DNA of 64,000 nucleotides from Haliotis rubra. Lineage: Eukaryota. The notes under the pieces are model-generated. The model did not search any database and was not told the DNA's origin. It worked only from the letters and a program-made list of their open reading frames with translations. Numbering within the stretch: position 1 is the stretch's first letter; every line of letters begins with the position of its first letter. The translations under genes were made by a program, and so were the position numbers. Positions 42,401 through 53,529 of this stretch are shown one piece after another. The stretch lies in contig NW_025765914.1 of the NCBI RefSeq assembly GCF_003918875.1, forward strand, positions 372,001 to 436,000, given 5' to 3'.

Positions 42401-43775
42401 TCGATAATGTGCACATTTCGTTTCGCCGTTATTAATTTTACAGTAAGTGAGTGAATATTGCATGAGGCTGCATCCGAATGTTGCATCTATTTGTGGCGGC
42501 TGTATGTTACAAGTGTCCTCGACTACCTGCATGGGACTTCAGAAATGAGAGGTCGGTGCAGTTAGCAGTGCGATAACTTTTCAAGTTTTGAAGCATTTTC
42601 CGGGACAGTTTAGGCTTTCTCCCCATATCATCCCCCTAAAATCAACTGGTCGGTTACCATAGGACTAAGGTTTAAAGAATTGAAATAATTAAAACAATTT
42701 TGTTAGATGAAACAATTGCTTTGTGAGTGAGTAAGAGAGGTGGGTTTTACGCCACACTCAGCAATATTCCAGATATAGGGCGGCGGTCTCTAAATAATCG
42801 AGTCTGGACCAGACAATCCAGTGATCAACAGCATGGGCATCGACCTGCGCAATTGCTTAGTGTTAATTATATATAAATTCCTCTGAATGTCGATCTGTAT
42901 CGTTGGTTATCGTTGTCAGATAGTTCCAGAGAGTATTAAAGTAGATATTTCTAGGCATGTGTTTGAAAGCTTTCATAAAGAAACATCGCTTGATGACATG
43001 TTTCTGGAGAATAATAGTTGCAATGTTAACACAAACCGCTTAACATAGGCACCATCTTTAATGAATCAATGAATATAATAATAATAATCGATGCTATCAA
43101 TAGCGTTAATAGGGGGGAATAGATATACTTGATAAATGAAGCGTTAACCGATCTCTGATGCATCCCTAAAAATGGCATGGTTACTGTCAACGGATCCAAG
43201 CGCATTTACATAACTGTGACAAAAACAATGTGTCCAAATGTTGCTTATACAGACCCTGGTTATCTTGACAGTTTCGTTAGGAACGACACTGAGTATACAT
43301 GTTTGGCTTTTCAGCATTGTAAGTCCTAAAATGTGTTTTGTGAGAGCGCACCTCGGGCTGCTCTATAGTGTTGTCCTGCGTCCATGTTGTACACCCAGTG
43401 TTCTATGTAGAAGTGTACAGTGTTAGTTCTATTACGTACTGCGACATGGTACTGCTACAGCATACATCTACAATACATTCAACATAATTCTTCACGTTTC
43501 CAATACCACAAAGTCCACAGCTGACACATTACCCGCCATGATACTCTGTTTAAGCAAGACTTATAAACTCATTATAGAGTGTCTCGATACCCGGTTTGGA
43601 CCACATATACGTGCATCATTGGTGATGATAATATATGTACACGTGATATAGCTACAAACGTTTAAAGAATATACGTACCTATTGTTGGCGGTACGTTTTC
43701 GGCACCGGTGCCATGGGGTAGAATTACGACCACAACCACAACGAGTACCAAGGTTGCCATTGTGAACGTCGCCAT
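2980..43775 (-). CDS. IR25a: Ionotropic receptor 25a-like co-receptor (iGluR family); 15 coding exons: 43679-43775, 25588-25731, 23342-23605, 22792-22967, 21277-21330, 14934-15062, 13200-13361, 12184-12303, 10313-10411, 9337-9534, 6953-7295, 5810-6059, 4692-4876, 4024-4156, 2980-3430; 934 aa
   Basis: Hand-spliced frame is open for 2805 nt with GT-AG junctions and consistent phases. IR25a-type motifs: [118 protein letters not shown]. An ATD is retained, as in IR25a/IR8a. Orthologue versus IR25 paralogue not tested. Confidence 0.92.
3486..3685 (-). mobile_element. SINE-like family B, diverged, next to the last-exon acceptor
   Basis: Matches family B with internal deletions. Confidence 0.8.
4024..4156 (-). 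CDS. IR25a: IR25a exon 14 (ADATVNKY...[31 protein letters not shown])
   Basis: Read in a different frame from track ORF 4027..4242; acceptor tttcag, donor AT|GTACGA. Confidence 0.94.
4692..4876 (-). CDS. IR25a: IR25a exon 13 (S2 with CREL)
   Basis: IWKDMSL...[12 protein letters not shown]...FAFI; acceptor tgtcag, donor G|GTAAGT. Confidence 0.96.
5301..5466 (+). mobile_element. tRNA-derived SINE family A
   Basis: Near-identical to 62995-63162; (CACT)n tail. Confidence 0.9.
5810..6059 (-). CDS. IR25a: IR25a exon 12 (M3, S2 start)
   Basis: [10 protein letters not shown] gating motif; acceptor cttcag, donor GG|GTAAGA. Confidence 0.97.
6953..7295 (-). CDS. IR25a: IR25a exon 11 (S1 end, M1, pore loop)
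   Basis: [28 protein letters not shown]; acceptor cttcag, donor G|GTAAGC. Confidence 0.96.
8546..8681 (-). mobile_element. SINE family A, diverged
   Basis: Matches family A; abuts the MITE at 8683. Confidence 0.75.
8683..8801. mobile_element. Short MITE remnant
   Basis: Inverted ends CCTTTCACGAAGCA / TGCTTTGTGAAAGG; internal palindrome CACTAAGGTTACCTTAGTG. Confidence 0.6.
9337..9534 (-). CDS. IR25a: IR25a exon 10 (S1: HPFVY...GYCIELL...[11 protein letters not shown])
   Basis: iGluR S1 motifs; acceptor ttacag, donor AAG|GTGACA. Confidence 0.95.
9793..10005 (+). mobile_element. SINE-like family B
   Basis: Near full-length copy. Confidence 0.88.
10313..10411 (-). CDS. IR25a: IR25a exon 9 ([10 protein letters not shown]...HYRVVTVPG; ATD end/S1 start)
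   Basis: VG.W and YRVVT motifs; acceptor cttcag, donor GTAAGT. Confidence 0.92.
10760..12190. repeat. Minisatellite, 24-bp unit (CTGACCATGTTCTGCTGTGTTATA), ~59 copies, intron 8
   Basis: Tandem periodicity; 8-aa periodic pseudo-ORFs in several frames. Confidence 0.97.
12184..12303 (-). CDS. IR25a: IR25a exon 8 ([12 protein letters not shown]...NNKNM)
   Basis: ATD C-terminal G.YG motif; acceptor atctag; donor ATG|GTCAGT coincides with the first unit of a minisatellite. Confidence 0.85.
12340..12450 (+). mobile_element. tRNA-like SINE head remnant
   Basis: B box GGTTCGAATCCC; no complete cloverleaf. Confidence 0.45.
13200..13361 (-). CDS. IR25a: IR25a exon 7 ([10 protein letters not shown]...QALKE)
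   Basis: ATD AL.YD motif; acceptor attcag, donor GAG|GTATTG. Confidence 0.88.
14934..15062 (-). CDS. IR25a: IR25a exon 6 ([11 protein letters not shown]...RASMK)
   Basis: Acceptor ttacag, donor AAG|GTATGA, phase 0/0. Confidence 0.85.
15110..16910. repeat. Minisatellite, ~28-bp unit (ATGGTGAAGGTAACGGTGAAAGTGTGTC), with a ~750-bp higher-order duplication
   Basis: Tandem periodicity; ~15382-16136 is nearly identical to ~16137-16880. Confidence 0.93.
17440..18706. repeat. Minisatellite, 39-bp unit (GCATGTGGTATGCAGGAAGCACCCGTGTGACATACTACT)
   Basis: Tandem periodicity; 13-aa periodic pseudo-ORFs. Confidence 0.96.
19060..20895. repeat. Minisatellite, 33-bp unit (CATGTTGTGCTATGTTATACTTTGTGTTCTGCT), with degenerate edges
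   Basis: Tandem periodicity; 11-aa periodic pseudo-ORFs in all three plus-strand frames. Confidence 0.95.
21003..21200 (-). mobile_element. SINE-like family B, 5'-truncated
   Basis: Matches family B body and tail. Confidence 0.85.
21277..21330 (-). CDS. IR25a: IR25a exon 5 (54 nt, [18 protein letters not shown])
   Basis: Acceptor ttccag, donor AAG|GTGAGT, phase 0/0. Confidence 0.88.
21379..22190. repeat. 411-bp near-perfect tandem duplication in intron 4
   Basis: Identical track ORFs 21403..21609 and 21814..22020, offset by 411 nt. Confidence 0.93.
22372..22619 (-). mobile_element. SINE-like family B
   Basis: Full-length copy. Confidence 0.88.
22792..22967 (-). CDS. IR25a: IR25a exon 4 ([22 protein letters not shown]...KFLGS)
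   Basis: Read manually (absent from the ORF track); acceptor caatag, donor GTGAGT, phase 1/0. Confidence 0.9.
23342..23605 (-). CDS. IR25a: IR25a exon 3 ([17 protein letters not shown]...AIVYDESF)
   Basis: iGluR ATD-like sequence; acceptor gtcag, donor G|GTAGG. Confidence 0.92.
24683..24780 (-). mobile_element. SINE family A, 5'-truncated
   Basis: Matches family A body and tail. Confidence 0.8.
25588..25731 (-). CDS. IR25a: IR25a exon 2 (ATD start, VILDEIIEK...LGTLDK)
   Basis: Acceptor gtttcag, donor G|GTACGT, phase 1/1. Confidence 0.85.
26455..29285. repeat. Minisatellite, 33-bp unit (TATCAATACAACCCCTGTATCCATAACACGTTA)
   Basis: Tandem periodicity over ~2.8 kb. Confidence 0.97.
30172..30300. 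repeat. Inverted repeat, likely a MITE remnant
   Basis: CAAACTTTATGGAGAACAACTTCT versus AGAAGTTGTTATCCATAAAGTTTG. Confidence 0.6.
30836..32105 (-). mobile_element. Defective Tc1/mariner DNA transposon (~1.27 kb)
   Basis: Imperfect TIRs CTGAACAGCAA.A.AA.CGCAAGT flanked by TA. Transposase remnants GRQRVTT.AQDRFIR and SPDMAPIEH (SPDLNPIE-like). Internal 99-bp duplication; catalytic core largely missing. Confidence 0.88.
32520..33090 (+). mobile_element. 5'-truncated non-LTR retrotransposon (LINE) 3' end
   Basis: ORF2 C-terminal signature YL...LRR...FR...H...[13 protein letters not shown], then 3' UTR with AATAAA and a (TCTG)n tail. Confidence 0.8.
34811..34940 (+). mobile_element. SINE family A, diverged copy
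   Basis: Matches family A head and body. Confidence 0.8.
34958..35202 (-). mobile_element. SINE-like family B
   Basis: Full-length copy, tail-to-tail with a family A copy. Confidence 0.87.
35657..35760 (-). mobile_element. SINE family A, 5' part
   Basis: Matches family A tRNA head. Confidence 0.8.
37295..37605. repeat. Degenerate ~29-bp tandem repeat (AACAAGAATGATATCAGATGTCAAC...)
   Basis: About 10 diverged units. Confidence 0.85.
38084..38245 (-). mobile_element. tRNA-derived SINE family A
   Basis: Reverse-complement full-length copy. Confidence 0.88.
38608..38673. repeat. Compound (GTGC)n/(GT)n microsatellite
   Basis: Direct reading. Confidence 0.9.
38856..39363. mobile_element. hAT-like MITE with a tandemly duplicated left end
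   Basis: CAGGGTTTGGACGGGT occurs twice (~38857 and ~39025) versus right end ACCCGTCCCAGCCCTA; subterminal ACCCG motifs. Confidence 0.65.
41277..41445 (-). mobile_element. tRNA-derived SINE family A
   Basis: Reverse-complement full-length copy. Confidence 0.9.
42724..42855 (-). mobile_element. SINE-like family B, 3' part
   Basis: Matches family B tail. Confidence 0.8.
43679..43775 (-). CDS. IR25a: IR25a coding exon 1, signal peptide ([32 protein letters not shown])
   Basis: ATG in GACATGG context, hydrophobic core, G-T-G-A-type cleavage region. Phase-1 donor G|GTACGT joins exon 2 in frame (PTI-V-VILDE). Not in the ORF track in this frame. Confidence 0.8.
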
Positions 43776-43899
43776 GTCGGTATTCCTGTCTACCTGTATG
43801 AAGGGCCTGGCTCTGCTCTACCTGTCCTTTCACTGTGGTATATCAACACTACCGAGATCGATACATTCATACAAGAGCCGCGTGACGCAGATCAGCACA

Positions 43900-44010
43900 T
43901 CAACCAACTGAATTATTTACCACGGGACGGACACGAATCCTTCTGCTGCATAACAAGCAATGTGAGGAGCTGAACGCTCAGCACCAATTAGCACATTCAT
44001 TATAAGCTCC
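43900..44010 (-). promoter_or_regulatory. Possible core promoter of IR25a (TATA-like TTATAAT near 44000, Inr-like TCAGCT near 43970 and TCAGTT near 43908)
   Basis: Short motif matches only, 130-230 nt upstream of the ATG; TSS unknown and a non-coding upstream exon is possible. Confidence 0.2.
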
Positions 44011-45610
44011 TTGCACGGGTAGGAAACAAATACCTGTCAGTCAACACTGCTGTTTAATCAGATGCAAGTTGCCAGTGTTCATTGTCGTTGCGAGAGAAAT
44101 CAATGATGTTCGCGTATGGAATTCTACCAATGGTGGTTTGATTATTGGAGGAAAATCATTTTTATGTTTGGTAATATGTCGGTAGTATTGATTTAACAGG
44201 CTTCAACGTTGTTGCTGTCATGTGTTGTAGTCTATACATCTATATTGTAATTAATTGTTAATCCAGTGACAGCCCTGTGTGTTATTGTAACCGTTTATTT
44301 GTCATGGAACATAATTTATTTCAACATTAACATTACATGCAACAGTACCTTTCAATATCACCATTACATGCAACCGCGTAAAAAGTTGAATCAAATTGAG
44401 TTTTCATAGAATGAAAGAAATCTAAAAAACACTTACATCTACAGATCATTATAACCGGACATGTTGGTCATATCGAACCAAAGCGAAGTATGCGAACAGT
44501 AGGGCCTAGAAACATTTCAAACATCTTGGCGACTTTCTATGTAAATCCAGTAAATATCCCGAATATTTGGTGGTTGCTACGTTGTAATAATCACATTTGT
44601 TTTAAAATTATTGACCCTCTCTATAATTCCTGACACCTTTCTCTCTATAACGTCACTGACCGTCGTCCTTATGACGTCATTGATCTGGAGCCCGCAACAT
44701 AGTCACTGTCCGACCCGCTGTCAGAACACTCTGACATACATCCACCATCATCATCTTCTTTTAAGTTTTTCAAAAACTGGCTAAATACAACGTCCTTTAT
44801 ACCCGGACGACTCATGGCTAATATCTGATTGCTTACCACTCAGTGGCCAGTTCAATAATATGTATGGCAAAACCTAGAAAAAAGAGGGGTGACTGGGCCT
44901 CTGAGGCCCATGTTCAGTAATAACGGTGACATTTCCAACAGTGTTCAGTAACTTGTTTTGTACAGCTGATGAAATGAAAATAAAAAGTGTACAGGTAGCT
45001 GAGATGTTGTTCGAGGAATACCTAGAATTTCACAAAAAAATGTGTAACTGGGAAAGAGCTGAATGTTTTGAAAGCATCTCCTCGGCCTGTGAGACCCCAG
45101 TTAGTGGGATGAGGGTTAATGCCATTGATACTCGTCTATCATGTTTCACCGACCATTTCCTATTTCATGGTTGACCATCGTTTATATGATGCCATTATCT
45201 GTCGGCTTTATAATGTCATTAATGACCATACATAATGTCACTCACCATCGTCCGTATCATGTTATTGACCATTGTCTATTGTCTCATTTATAGTACCGCT
45301 GGGTTTTATCCTGTGTCATCGATTCTTATCCCTATCGCATCACATTGATTATCAATGTAATATGTGATTACCAAATCATGCCACTGTCATCATGTACGTG
45401 TGTTATGGGTTATTATTTTGTGTCACTGGTATTCAAGTAAATCGTTTCATTGCTTATCAACTATATCAGAACATTAGCATATATATGAAATATTTATGCC
45501 ACTGGTTGTCATCTACAGTTTGTCTCAGGTTATCAACAGTTATGTCCACAAGGTATGTATTGCAACTGAATTAAATTCTGGAAATAAATAAAGGACCACT
45601 TGTACTTTCA

Positions 45611-45640
45611 TGTGTTCCCTTATTTGTTTCTATGAGTATA
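45611..45640. mobile_element. Isolated TIR remnant of the 57538-58850 Tc1 family
   Basis: GTTCCCTTATTTGTTTCTATGAGTATA matches that element's right TIR plus TA. Confidence 0.6.
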
Positions 45641-46059
45641 TCATCAGTTGCCATTTATACACCCAGCGAATTACGAAGAAGAATAGACATACAATACCTT
45701 TTTCAGATTCATTTGATATTTGCGATGATGTTTCATTAACTCACACATTGATTCAATAATCTTGGCAGAGCCTCTTGGAGATCTATATCAGGGGTCGTAC
45801 TTTGTGCTCAATATGTTTAAATGTAAAACACCACTTTGAAATTCCGAAAATTAACCCTTTCGTATAAGGCATTACGTTAATCTGATGGAGTCACCACCAT
45901 TTATGTCGTCTACAGATTCCTGTCAGACGAGGATATCTCTATGCTGTGCCGTCATTGTCATCATAATGTTTTCGAGATAGTGAAACAAAACATTTATTTT
46001 ACAGAATGACCTGGGTGCACTAACGTTTGACACAACTCGGTATCGGGCAGAACACATTC

Positions 46060-46422
46060 TATCTGTATCTACGTCTATTTCTACGTCTATTTTTCCGTCT
46101 GTTTTCAAGTCTGCTTCCACGTCTATTTCCATGTCTGTTTATACGCCTGCTTCCCCGTCTGCCTCTTCGTCTGTTACCCCGCCTGCTTCCACGTCAGCTT
46201 CCACGTCTATTTCCTTGTCTACTTCTACGCCTGCTTCCAGGTCTGTTTCCACATCTGCTTCCACGTCAGTTTCAACGATTGTTTCCACGTCTATTTCTGC
46301 GTCTGTTTCCATGTCTATTTCCACGTCTGCGTCCCCGTCTGCTTTCCTGTCTGTTTCAACGCCTGCTTCCACGTCCGATTCCACGTCTATTTCCGCATCT
46401 GCTTCAAAGGCTGTTTCCACGA
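46060..46422. repeat. Degenerate short-period tandem repeat built on TTCCACGTCT(A/G)-type units
   Basis: Periodic sequence; low-complexity ORFs on both strands. Confidence 0.85.
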
Positions 46423-46654
46423 CGCGAAGTAACGCTCAGTAACCAGCTGTAATTTGTTAACTAAAATACTTTGTCCCTATACGATGAAATAGATATCAAG
46501 TTTTTCCACGAAGGATGAAGAAAAAACATTTAAGAACATTTTTCATGCAAGTGTTCAATTTATTTCTGTTTCAGGTGCAGACATGGTGATCCGATAATGA
46601 GTAATGATGTTTATCATCATTTCAGGAACCATTCGTCCTACATCTAGTATTTAG

Positions 46655-46778
46655 AGTGAGTGAGTGAGTTTAGTTTTACACCGCTTTTAGCAATATTCCA
46701 GCAATGTCACGGCGGGGGACACTGGAAATGGGCCTCACACATTGTACCCATGTGGGTAATTAAACCCAGGTCTTCGGC
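46655..46778 (-). mobile_element. SINE family A, 5'-truncated
   Basis: Matches family A body and tail. Confidence 0.8.
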
Positions 46779-47189
46779 TATTTAGAAAGATTCCATAGCT
46801 GACAGTAACATATATGGCAGTTCACTAAATACTGACACAGCTGAAGACGAGCACACACTTTCTGGAATGGTCCTCGTCTCTTCCTGAAGACAGTCTTTCA
46901 CGGCCCTGTGAAAACATAGGTAATATATCTCTGTAAAGATGAGTCCTGTATGCCTATGTCCAATTAAGGATCACGGTCAAAGGAATACGCTATGATACCA
47001 AAAATATGTTAGTGGAAGATCTTCAACACCAAAGGTGAAATCCACAAACATAGCTCTGATGTTGACGAATATGGGATGATAGTCATTGGACATTTGGAGT
47101 TTGCACCCACACAAATACTTTCTACCACTTAGCCTCGTCTTAATTTGCTCCTCACTCCACATCGCTACATAATTAACCCCCAGAACGGC

Positions 47190-50100
47190 AGACTACTACA
47201 CTATCAACCTTCCATAGCCATACACTATTTCCCCAACAGTCACACTCTACTACCCTATAAACCCCCACAGCCACCCACTACTACCCTATCAACCCCACAG
47301 ACACCCACTACTACCCTATCAACCACCACAGCAACCCACTACTACCTCCTATCAACCCCAACGTCACCCACTACTACTACACCCTATCAACCCCCACTGT
47401 CACCAACTACTACCCTATCAACCCCACAGTCACCCACTACTACCCTATCAACCCCAACAGCCACCCACTACTACCCTATCAACCCCCACTGCCACCCACT
47501 ACTACCCTAATTCTATCAACCCATAGTCACAATACTACTACCCTATCAACCCCAAAGCCACCACTACTACCCTATCAAACCCCACAGCCACCAACTACTA
47601 CCCTATCAACCCCCACAGTCACCCACTACTACCTCCTATCAACTCCCACAGTCACCCAGAACTACCCTATCAACCCCCCACAGCCACCAACTACTACTCC
47701 TATCAACCCCCACAGCCACTCAACTACTACCCTATGAACCCCACAGTCACACACACTACTACCCTATCAATCCCCACAGCCACCAACTACTACCCTATCA
47801 ACCCCTACAGCCACCCACTACTACAATTATCAACCCCTACAGTCACCAACTACTACCTCCTATCAACCCCCACAGTCACCACTTACTACTACCCTATCAA
47901 CCCCTACAGCCACCAACTACTACCCTATCAACCCCCACTGTCACCCACTACTACTATCAACCCCCTATCAACCCCCACAGCCACCCACTACTACTACCTA
48001 TGAACCCCACAGCCACCAACTACTACCCTATCAATCCCCACTGTCACCCACTACTACCCTATCAACCCCCACCGTCACCCACTACTACCCCTATCAAACC
48101 CACTGTCACCAACTACTGCCCTATCACCCCTACAGCCACCCACTACTACCCTATCAACCCCCACTGGCACCCACTACTACTCTATAAACCCCTACAGCCA
48201 CCCACTACTACTCCTATCAACCCCCATCGTCACCCACTACTACCCTATCAAACCCACTGTCACCAACTACTGCCCTGCCACCCCCTACAGCCACCCACTA
48301 CTACCCTATCAACCCCCACCGTCACCCACTACTACCCTATAAACCCCTACAGCCACCCACTACTACCCTATCAACCACAACGTCACCTACTACTACCCTA
48401 TCAACCCCCACTGTCACCAACTACTACCTCTATCAACCCCCACTGTCACCCACTACTACCTCCCTATCAACCTCTAACAGCCACCAACTACTACTCCTAT
48501 CAACCCCCACTTGTCACCCTACTACTACTACTCCTATCAACCCCCTATAGTCACACAGAACTACCCTATCAACCCCCAAAGTCACCACTACTACTACCCT
48601 ATCAAACCCCACAGCCACCAACTACTACCCTATCAACTCCCACAGCCACCAACTACTACCCTATCAAACCCCCATAGTCACACAGAACTACCCTATCAAC
48701 CCCCACAGCCACCCAACTACTACCCCTATCAACCCCCTACAGCCACTACTGACTACTACTCCTATCAAACCCCACCGTCACCCACTACTACCCTATCAAC
48801 CCCACAGCCACCACACTACTACCCTATCAAACCCTATAGTCACCAGAACTACTACCCTATCAACCCCCACAGCCACCAACTACTACTCCCATCAACCCCC
48901 ACACAGCCACCAACTACTACCCCTATCAAACCCCTATAGTCACAACAGAACTACTCCTATCAACCCCACAGCTACCAACTACTACCCTATCAACCCCCTA
49001 CAGCCACCAACTACTACTCCTATCAACCCCCACAGCCACCCACTACTACTCCTATCAACCCCTAAAGTCACCACTACTACCCTATCAAACCCCCACAGCC
49101 ACCAACTACTACTCCTATCAACCCCTACAGCCACCAACTACTACTCCTATCAAACCCTATAGTCACACACTACTACCCTATCAACCCCCTACAGCCACCA
49201 ACTACTACCCTCTATCAACCCCTACAGCCACCAACTACTACCCTATCAAACCCTATAGTCACACAGAACTACTCCTATCAACCCCCACAGCCACCACTAC
49301 TACCCCTATCAAACCCCACAGCACACCAGACTACTACCCTATCAACCCCCTACAGCCACCAACTACTACCCTATCAAACCCCCATAGTCACACAGAACTA
49401 CCCTATCAACCCCCACAGCCACCAACTACTACCCTATCAATCCCCACAGCCACCAACTACTACCCTATCAAACCCCACAGCCACCAACTACTACCCTATC
49501 AAACCCCTACCGTCACCCACTACTACCTTATCAAACCCCACAGCCACCAACTACTACCCTATCAAACCCCACTGTCACCCACTACTACCCTATCAACCCC
49601 CACAGCCACCAACTACTACCCTATCAACCCCTACAGCCACCCACTACTACCCTATCAACCCCACAGCCACCAACTACTACCCTATCAACTCCCACAGCCA
49701 CCAACTAGTACCCTATCAAACCCCATAGTCACACAGAACTACCCTATCAACCCCCACAGCCACCCACTACTACCCTATCAACCCCCACTGCCACCCACTA
49801 CTACCCTATCAAACCCCTACAGCCACCAACTACTACCCTATCAACCCCCACAGCCACCCACTACTACCCTATCAACCCCCACAGCCACCCACTACTACCC
49901 TATCAAACCCCACTGCCACCCAACCACTACTACCCTACTCAAACTACCCTACAAACCATCAGCAACTACTACCCTATCAAACCCACTACAGCCACCAACT
50001 ACTACCCCTATCAACCCCAACTGTCACCCACTACTACCTCTATCAACCCCTACAGCCACCCACTACTACCCTATCAAACCCCCACTGCCACCAACTACTA

Positions 50101-53100
50101 CCCCTATCAACCCCCAACTGTCACCCACTACTACCCCTATCAAACCCCTACAGCCACCAACTACTACCTCCTATCAAACCCCCACTGCCACCAACTACTA
50201 CCCGACAACCCCCAAATCAACCCCAACCGTCTGTCACCCACTACTACCCTATATCAACCCCTACAGCCACCTACTACTACCTCCTATCAAACCCTACTGC
50301 CACCAACTACTACTCCTATCAACCCCAACAGTCACCCACTACTACCCTATAAACTCCCCTACAGCAACCCCTATAGCTACCCTATCAAACCCTACTGCTA
50401 CCAACTACTACCCTATCAACCCCCCAGCCACTCAACTACTACCCTATCAACCCCACAGCCACCAACTACTACTCCTATCAACCCCTACAGCCACCAACTA
50501 CTACCCTATCAAACCCCACAGCCACCCACTACTACCCTATCAACCCACATCAAACTACTACTCCTAACTCTACAGCTAACCTACTCAGCCACCAACTACT
50601 ACCCCTATCAACCCCCTACAGCCACCAACTACTTTCAATTATAAACCCCTACAGCTACCTCCTACTACCCTATCAAACAAACCCCTACAGCTACTACCAC
50701 TACATACTTCCTATCAACCCCCTACAACTACCAACTACTCCCTATCAACCCCACTGCCACCCACTACTACCCTATCAACCCCCACAGCCACCAACTACTA
50801 CCCCATCAACCCCTATAGTCACACAGTAGAACTACCCTATCAGCCCCCTAGTCAGTCACACAGAACTACTCCTATCAAACCCCTACAGCTACCTACTACT
50901 ACCCCTATCAACCCCCACAGCCACCCACTACTACTCCTATCAACCCCCACTAGCCACCCACTACTACCCTATCAACCCCTACAGCCACCTACTACTACTA
51001 CCCTATCAACCCCCACAGCCACCTACTACTACTCCTATCAAACCCTACAGCCACCAACTACTACTCCTATCAAACCCTCTACAGTCACCAACTACTACCC
51101 TATCAACCCCCACAGCCACCCACTACTACCCTATCAACCCCCACAGCCACCCACTACTACCTCCTATCAACCCCCACTGCTACCTACTACTACTCCCTAT
51201 CAACCCCTCACAGCCACCCACTACTACCCTATCAAACCCCACAGCCATCAACTACTACCTCCTATCAAACTGACTGTCACTCTCAACCTACTACTACCCT
51301 ATCAACCCCCACAGCCACCCACTACTACTCCTATCAACCCCCACAGCCACCCACTACTACCTCCTATCAACCCCCCACTGCCACCCACTACTACCTCTAT
51401 CAACCCCACAGCCACCAACTACTACCCTATCAATCCCTACAGCCATCAACTACTACCCTATATCAAACCCCCACAGCCACCAACTACTACCCTATCAACC
51501 CCCACAGCCACCAACTACTACCCTATAAACCCCCACAGCCACCCACTACTACTACCCCTATCAAACCCCACAGCCATCAACAACCACCCTATCAAACCCC
51601 ACTGCCACCCACTAGTACCCTATCAACCCCCTACTGCTACCAACTACTACTACTCCTATCAACCCCTATAGTCACACAGAACTACCCTATCAACCCCCAT
51701 AGTCACACACTACTACCCTATCAAACCCCACAGCCACCCACTACTACTCCTATCAAACCCCACAGCCACCAACTACTACTCCTATAAACCCCACTATCAA
51801 CCTACCCCTACAGCCACCCACCAACTACTACCCTATCAACCCCCACAGCCACCAACTACTACCCTATCAACCCCCACAGCCACCAACTACTACTCCTATC
51901 AAACCCCACAGCCACCAACAACCACCCTATCAACCCCTACAGCCACCAACTACTACTTCCTATCAACCCCCACTGCCACCAACTACTACTCCTGTCAAAC
52001 CCTACAGCCACCCACTACTACCCTATCAAACCCCACAGCCACCCACTCACTACCCCTATCAAACCCCCACAGCCACCAACTACTACCTTATCAAACCCTA
52101 CAGCCACCAACTACTACCCTATCAACCCCCACAGCCACCCACTACTACCCTAAATGACTCCTACACAGCCACCCACTTTTACCCTAAACCTCTTTCCCTT
52201 AAACCCCTACAGCCACCCACTACTACCCTAACAACTCCTACAGCCACCAACTCCTTCCCTATAAACCCCTACAGCCACCCACTACTACTCCTATCAACCC
52301 CCTACAGCCACCTGCTACTACTCCTATCAACCCCACAACCACCAACTACTACTATCCTATCAACCCCCTACAGCCACCTAACTACTACTCCTATCAACCC
52401 CTACAGCCACCTACTACTACTCCTATCAAACCGACTGTCACCAACTACTACCCTATCAACACCCATAGTCACACAGAAGTACCCTATCAAACCCCACAGC
52501 CACCCACTACTACCCTATCAACCCCCACATCCACCCACCACTACCCTATCAACCCCTATAGTCACACAGAAGTACCCTATCAAACCCTACAGCCACCAAC
52601 TACTACCTCCTATCAACCCCCACAGCCACCCACTACTATCAACCCTATAGTCAACCCTCACTGCAAACCACACAGCCACCAACTACTACTCCTATCAAAC
52701 CCCACAGCCACCCACTACTACTACCCTCTGTCAAACCCCACAGCCTACTAACTACCAACTACTACTCCTATGAAGCCTCCTACTGGCACCCACTACTACT
52801 CCTATCAACCCCTACAGCCACCCACTACTACCCTATCAACCCCTACAGCCACCCACTACTACCCTATGAACCCCCACTGCCACCCACTACTACCCTATCA
52901 ACCCCCATAGTCACACAGAACTACCCTATCAACCCCACTGCCACCCACTACTACCCTATCAACCCCCATAGTCAGTCACAGATAGAACTACCTATCAAAC
53001 CCCTACAGCCACCCACTACTACCCTCTCAACCCCTACAGCCACCCACTACTACCCTATCAACCCCTACAGCCACCCACTACTACCCTATGAACCCCCACT

Positions 53101-53345
53101 GCCACCCACTACTACCCTATCAACCCCCATAGTCACACAGAACTACCCTATCAACCCCCACTGCCACCCACTACTACCCTATCAACCCCCATAGTCACAC
53201 AGAACTACCCTATCAAACCCCACAGCCACCCACTACTACCCTATCAACCCCACAGCCACCTACTACTACCCTATCAACCCCACATAGTCACACTACTCCT
53301 ATATCAACTACCCTCACCCACACATCTACCCTATCAACCCCAACA
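47190..53345. repeat. Large C/A-rich minisatellite, ~31-bp unit (CCACCCACTACTACCCTATCAACCCCCACAG), ~6.1 kb
   Basis: Tandem periodicity with many small indels; extreme strand skew. Confidence 0.97.
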
Positions 53346-53529
53346 ACCTCTCACTACGACCCAATTAACCACTAACCAAAACAACCTCAAGCTATTTAAA
53401 AATCGTTATTAATCCCAGTTCAATGAACAACTGTTTTGTACCCACAATAGCTATACATTATACTATTGATTTCTCGTAGTCGCACACTTCTACGCTCTCA
53501 TCCCCCACAGCCACAGGCCACTGTACCAT

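Noticed and set aside
2980-43775. Annotation as a kainate/AMPA receptor (GRIK/GRIA)
   Set aside because: The CREL insertion, PQGGG pore and FSRKPYA motifs indicate the IR25a/IR8a co-receptor clade.
44885-45120. piggyBac-like element end (...GATGAGGG|TTAA)
   Set aside because: Only one terminus found; cannot delimit an element.
45923-46452. Acidic EADVEIDV-repeat and Ser/Thr-rich ORFs
   Set aside because: Low-complexity tandem repeat open on both strands, with an in-frame stop in the acidic frame and no splice support.
47145-48939. Pro/Thr/Tyr-rich mucin- or extensin-like ORFs
   Set aside because: The ~31-bp unit is not a multiple of 3, and frames switch constantly.
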